A program made the position numbers and the translations under genes. The notes beneath the pieces were generated by a model. It was not told the DNA's origin and ran no database searches. It saw only the letters and a program-made list of their open reading frames with translations. From NCBI GenBank assembly GCA_044230205.1, contig JBGARN010000002.1, positions 10,479 through 74,478 on the forward strand: a DNA stretch of 64,000 nt, in the 5' to 3' direction. Shown one piece after another: positions 60,402 through 64,000 of this stretch. Numbering within the stretch: position 1 is the first letter of the stretch; the number at the start of each line of letters is the position of its first letter. Origin of the DNA: Bacteroidia bacterium. GTDB taxonomy: Bacteria > Bacteroidota > Bacteroidia > AKYH767-A > OLB10.

Positions 60402-60923
60402 ATGTATAAAAAAACAACTTCCATTATAAAAGGGACAGCACTATTGCTGCTGACTGTACTATTAATTTCTGATAGTGCTTCTGCGCAAAAATATCTCACC
60501 TTAACTAAACCGGGTTTTAATAATCGAATTCGTTACCAAACAGGCGATGTTGTAGGTTTTAAGCTGAAGAGTGATAATAAAAAGTACAAAGGCCCTATAG
60601 CATTTGTAACCGATTCTATGGTTGGTATTAATGACAGTGTGATGATAATGCTGAGTGATGTTAAAGTTTTTTATGACTATGAAAAAGGAGCAGGTGCCCG
60701 CTTTGGCAGCAGGTTACTGCTATCGGCAGGACTAGTTTATGGTATTGTTGTTCTGGTGAATGGCAGCCTGGCAAATTCAGGTGATTTGCAAAGTTCAACC
60801 AATGCTATAGTTATCGGAAGTTTAATCGGTGGTGGTTTAATTCTTATTCCGTTTTCGCATCGTAAGTTTAAAATAAACAAGAACAGGTGGTTAAAAGTTA
60901 TGGATGTTTCCATTGCTCCTTAA
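60402..60923 (+). CDS. Hypothetical protein with signal peptide and C-terminal hydrophobic segments
   Basis: The ATG at 60402 (MYKKTTSIIKGTALLLLTVLLISDSASAQ) is preferred. The track start at 60354 overlaps the upstream gene. Confidence 0.5.
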   Translation: MYKKTTSIIKGTALLLLTVLLISDSASAQKYLTLTKPGFNNRIRYQTGDVVGFKLKSDNKKYKGPIAFVTDSMVGINDSVMIMLSDVKVFYDYEKGAGARFGSRLLLSAGLVYGIVVLVNGSLANSGDLQSSTNAIVIGSLIGGGLILIPFSHRKFKINKNRWLKVMDVSIAP

Positions 60924-61714
60924 CGATCAAGAAACTCAGATAATGCCCGGTGATATTCATCAAAAGCTGAAAGGTTATTGTGCGAACCATCAGGCACCAT
61001 ACAGATTTGCTTTTGGCACTTTGCGCTTGCAAAAACCTGCTCAGCCTGCTTTACAGGTATTAACTCATCCAGCCTACCATGGATAATCAGCAAGGGCGAT
61101 TGAATGGCACTTGCTTTTTTCAGGTTATTGAAATCATATTTAAGTAACAGCTTTGGAAGAAGATAAGGATGTTGCTGCTGTGCCACATCTTTTACGCTAC
61201 TGTAAGGAGCTTCAAGTATTAAGCCGCAAACCTTATGGCGCAATGTCATTTCAACTGCAACACCGCTGCCCAGCGATCGCCCATAAAAGTATATTGTTGA
61301 ATCATTATAGCCGTTAGCAGTAAGAAAATTGTATGCTGTTTCTGCATCAGTGTAAAAACCATCTTCAGAGAACTTTCCTGTGCTTTTTCCATAACCCCTG
61401 TAATCGATCATCATCAGGTTAACACCATGTGGTAAAATAATATCAGCTACCGATTTCCATTGATCGAGGCTGGTGCCGTTGCCATGAAAATAAAGCATTA
61501 CTTTTTTATTCCCCGGCTTAGTGGCATAAATGCAGTTTATAATTTCTCCATCGTTTGTTTTTAAAAACAACTCCTTATCATCTTCAGAAAGGTGAAAATT
61601 AAAATCCTTTTCAAATTTCTTGGGAAAGAATAACAATTTATCCTGGTGCCAATAAGAAAGAAATAGTACCAGCAGGTATAATAAAATTAGCGCTATAAAG
61701 ACAGTTTTAAGCAT
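60920..61714 (-). CDS. Alpha/beta hydrolase (BEM46/ABHD13-like)
   Basis: 264 aa with an N-terminal TM. Motifs YFHGNG, DYRGYGKSTG, nucleophile elbow GRSLGSG, IIHGRLDELIP and a late His. Confidence 0.8.
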   Translation of the reverse strand: MLKTVFIALILLYLLVLFLSYWHQDKLLFFPKKFEKDFNFHLSEDDKELFLKTNDGEIINCIYATKPGNKKVMLYFHGNGTSLDQWKSVADIILPHGVNLMMIDYRGYGKSTGKFSEDGFYTDAETAYNFLTANGYNDSTIYFYGRSLGSGVAVEMTLRHKVCGLILEAPYSSVKDVAQQQHPYLLPKLLLKYDFNNLKKASAIQSPLLIIHGRLDELIPVKQAEQVFASAKCQKQICMVPDGSHNNLSAFDEYHRALSEFLDR

Positions 61715-61882
61715 GGGGGAATCTTAAAAGGGGATATTCAAAAATTATTAACTGAAAGATAAACTTTCTTAGCCTAATTCCATCTTTTATGAATTATAAA
61801 GATTCAATATATTCTGTAATTGGATTTTCTGCTCAGCATAAATTAAACAGTAAATGATTAAATGATTTTTATCTCAAGCCTG

Positions 61883-63379
61883 TTACTTTATAGTAAGCCT
61901 TGCCATTTTGTATTCGCCTGATACATTGGATGCACGAAAAATTATACTTCCATCCGGGGCATTCTCATAAATCAAACTATTGGGCCAAACTGTACTGCGC
62001 ACTCCGCCAACAGGCGTATTAAATTGCGGCAGCATGGCTACTTTGCCATCAGTATTAATTGCAGCAATTACAGGAATACGTGAATAACGTAAGTCATCAG
62101 ATTGTTTTGGCGTTGGATTGGGTATGTACTTTAATTCATAGTCGTTAAACATCACCAATGCCACTCCCTCATCAACTGCCGTAATTATTCCATTATTGGC
62201 GCCCAGGTCATTGGTGCTTTTTTGTTCTTTATTGATAACCTGGTTATAAACCAATTTACCTGCGGCATCAAGCGATACAACTAAAGCTTCATTATTATTA
62301 TAATGAATATCATCAACAGGCCAGCCATCCTTCATGCGACCACTTGCCGATTTTTCTTCCCAATATTTTTCAGCAAACAAAAACATTTTTCCATCAGAAG
62401 CCAGACAGGTTTTGCGTAAAGTCAGGTTCTTGTATGGCTTTTCAAATTTATTGTCCATGCTGGCCGTCATCTCCATTGATTTGTTATCTACCTTACGATA
62501 GTATGCCCCATGGCTGGTCGTTCCTCCAGCTACCACTTTTCCGTCTTCGCTGTTAAAGCCTGTGATGATTAAATCCTGTGCAGAGTTTAACTGATAATTG
62601 ATTGTTGCAAATTTCTTTCCGCTCAAATCTATTTTCAATTGCTTAATGTTTTTGCCGGCTTCATCAGCAACCAGTACATCATACTGCGGGTCATATTTCA
62701 AAAAAGTTTTTTTAACAACAAACACTTTACCATCGTTAGCCACCATAGCATCATTATTAACTGCCTTATCCCAATCATAACTGAGCGTAAACGTATTTGC
62801 CCAAATAGTTTTAAGGTTAGCATCAGCTACAGTAAATTTTAATTGCTCCTTTGTGTCCTTAATACGTTCTGGCTCAAATTGTATCATTACTTTGCTTCCA
62901 TCTGCCGAAGATTTTACAGTAAAGTTGCCACGCTTAGCCATCTTTTCAGCATTTTCAGCAGCAATTTCAGTTAACGCTTCGCTCTTTGTTCCGTCACTGC
63001 CAATTTCGTTTGTATATAATACATTGGCTTTACGTTTGTCATCCCACAACGAAAGGAAGAGTACCATTTTATCATTAGGTAAAAAAGCAAAACCCTCGGT
63101 ATCATACATTTTACCAAGGATGTTTCCCTGTGTAATATTCTTTTCCCAAAGCAATTCGTTTTTTGAATTGAAACGCGACAGCCATACAAAGGTTTGAAAG
63201 TACTTTAGCACATACTGCTGCTGCAAAACATAATAGCCTCCATCTGCAATTGGTCTTATTAATGTTGAGGGTTCAGGCAATTCATTTTGCTTATAAATCG
63301 GTCCGGCAGTAATTTGAATATTCTGGGCCTTTAATTGGCAAAAGATTAATAACATTAAAAATAATGTGATGGTTCTCAT
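61883..63379 (-). CDS. Hypothetical secreted protein, no family recognised
   Basis: 498 aa with signal peptide MRTITLFLMLLIFCQLKAQ. Beta-rich and Lys/Asn-rich. No motifs I can name. Confidence 0.6.
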   Translation of the reverse strand: MRTITLFLMLLIFCQLKAQNIQITAGPIYKQNELPEPSTLIRPIADGGYYVLQQQYVLKYFQTFVWLSRFNSKNELLWEKNITQGNILGKMYDTEGFAFLPNDKMVLFLSLWDDKRKANVLYTNEIGSDGTKSEALTEIAAENAEKMAKRGNFTVKSSADGSKVMIQFEPERIKDTKEQLKFTVADANLKTIWANTFTLSYDWDKAVNNDAMVANDGKVFVVKKTFLKYDPQYDVLVADEAGKNIKQLKIDLSGKKFATINYQLNSAQDLIITGFNSEDGKVVAGGTTSHGAYYRKVDNKSMEMTASMDNKFEKPYKNLTLRKTCLASDGKMFLFAEKYWEEKSASGRMKDGWPVDDIHYNNNEALVVSLDAAGKLVYNQVINKEQKSTNDLGANNGIITAVDEGVALVMFNDYELKYIPNPTPKQSDDLRYSRIPVIAAINTDGKVAMLPQFNTPVGGVRSTVWPNSLIYENAPDGSIIFRASNVSGEYKMARLTIK

Positions 63380-63795
63380 GGTTCTGAATTTTGAAATAAT
63401 ATGGTTTCAAATTAAATCAAAAATATCAGATAGCATTGCTTTTGATTCTATCGTGGTAATCTGATCGAACTAATTACTTCATTAAGTGCAGGTCAATTCA
63501 GGTAAGAAAATCCTGTTGTTTGATATTGTTTTACATTGGTTTATAGGTTTTTGAGTTTAATTGAAAAAATATTGCAGGTCATTCCGAATCCAGCCTCTAT
63601 AATGAAGAATAATTCCGTCAAAATTCAAAGATCGAGGATTATGATTCATATAACCATATGCCAAAGGTTAAATGAATAAAACAGGATCGATTGAAAAGGC
63701 ACCAATGCATTAAGAGCCATGCCGTTAAATAAACCTAAATCAAACAGCAGTTAATGGTAAACTTATATATTCGCACGCTTTATTACTATTAACAT

Positions 63796-64000
63796 ATGCA
63801 ACAATATCAGAGGATTAATAACATTGTAGGATGGCTGGTTTTTGCCATAGCTTCTTTTGTTTATCTATCAACCATTGAACCAACCGGCAGTTTTTGGGAT
63901 TGCGGTGAGTTTATAGCCACTGCCAATAAATTACAGGTTGGCCACCCACCCGGTGCACCATTCTTTTTAATTATTGCCCGTGTATTTATACTATTTGCAG
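63796..64000 (+). CDS. DUF2723-type membrane (glycosyltransferase-like) protein, 3' end outside window
   Basis: The N-terminus ...[33 protein letters not shown] matches the conserved start of DUF2723 proteins. Confidence 0.7.
   Translation, partial: MQQYQRINNIVGWLVFAIASFVYLSTIEPTGSFWDCGEFIATANKLQVGHPPGAPFFLIIARVFILFA

Noticed and set aside
1-64000. Search for CRISPR arrays, IS elements/transposases, integrases, prophage or defence-system genes, rRNA/tRNA genes
   Set aside because: None recognised by eye. There are no regularly spaced direct repeats in non-coding DNA, no DDE/tyrosine-recombinase motifs, and no nuclease-helicase-ATPase clusters. A computational scan (tRNAscan, Rfam, DefenseFinder, ISfinder) would be needed to exclude small elements.

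Overview
AT-rich chromosomal segment that looks like Bacteroidota. Support: several Por/T9SS C-terminal sorting domains, a SusC/SusD pair, an S46 peptidase, a DAHP synthase with C-terminal chorismate mutase, DUF2723/DUF5916/DUF3667-type genes, and TAnnTTTG-like -7 boxes. I count about 45 protein-coding genes. Most are core metabolism: mdh, maeB, sdaA, tmk, kdsB, dprA, paaZ, dCMP deaminase, pterin dehydratase. Others are envelope functions: MsbA-like ABC exporter, two AsmA/DUF748-like proteins, GT-C and GT-B glycosyltransferases, and TonB-dependent receptors. Six secreted T9SS cargo genes and two decayed cargo relics are interspersed among them. I recognised no rRNA, tRNA, CRISPR array, transposase, integrase, phage gene or classical defence gene. 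I do not see a convincing new multi-gene system here; this reads as an ordinary core region with some gene decay and intragenic repeat evolution. Best leads: (1) an orphan, highly divergent malate-synthase-fold protein whose Mg-ligand and Arg motifs appear substituted; (2) a perfect 19-bp tandem duplication that splits a roughly 1040-aa T9SS type-B repeat protein into two ORFs; (3) a frameshifted SusD next to an intact SusC; (4) a 1.1-kb intragenic tandem duplication (Ig-Ig-LTD unit) in a 1335-aa lamin-tail-domain surface protein; (5) two T9SS C-terminal-domain relics; (6) a 510-bp non-coding stretch with broken ORF fragments. All functional calls rest on motif recognition by eye. No searches were run.
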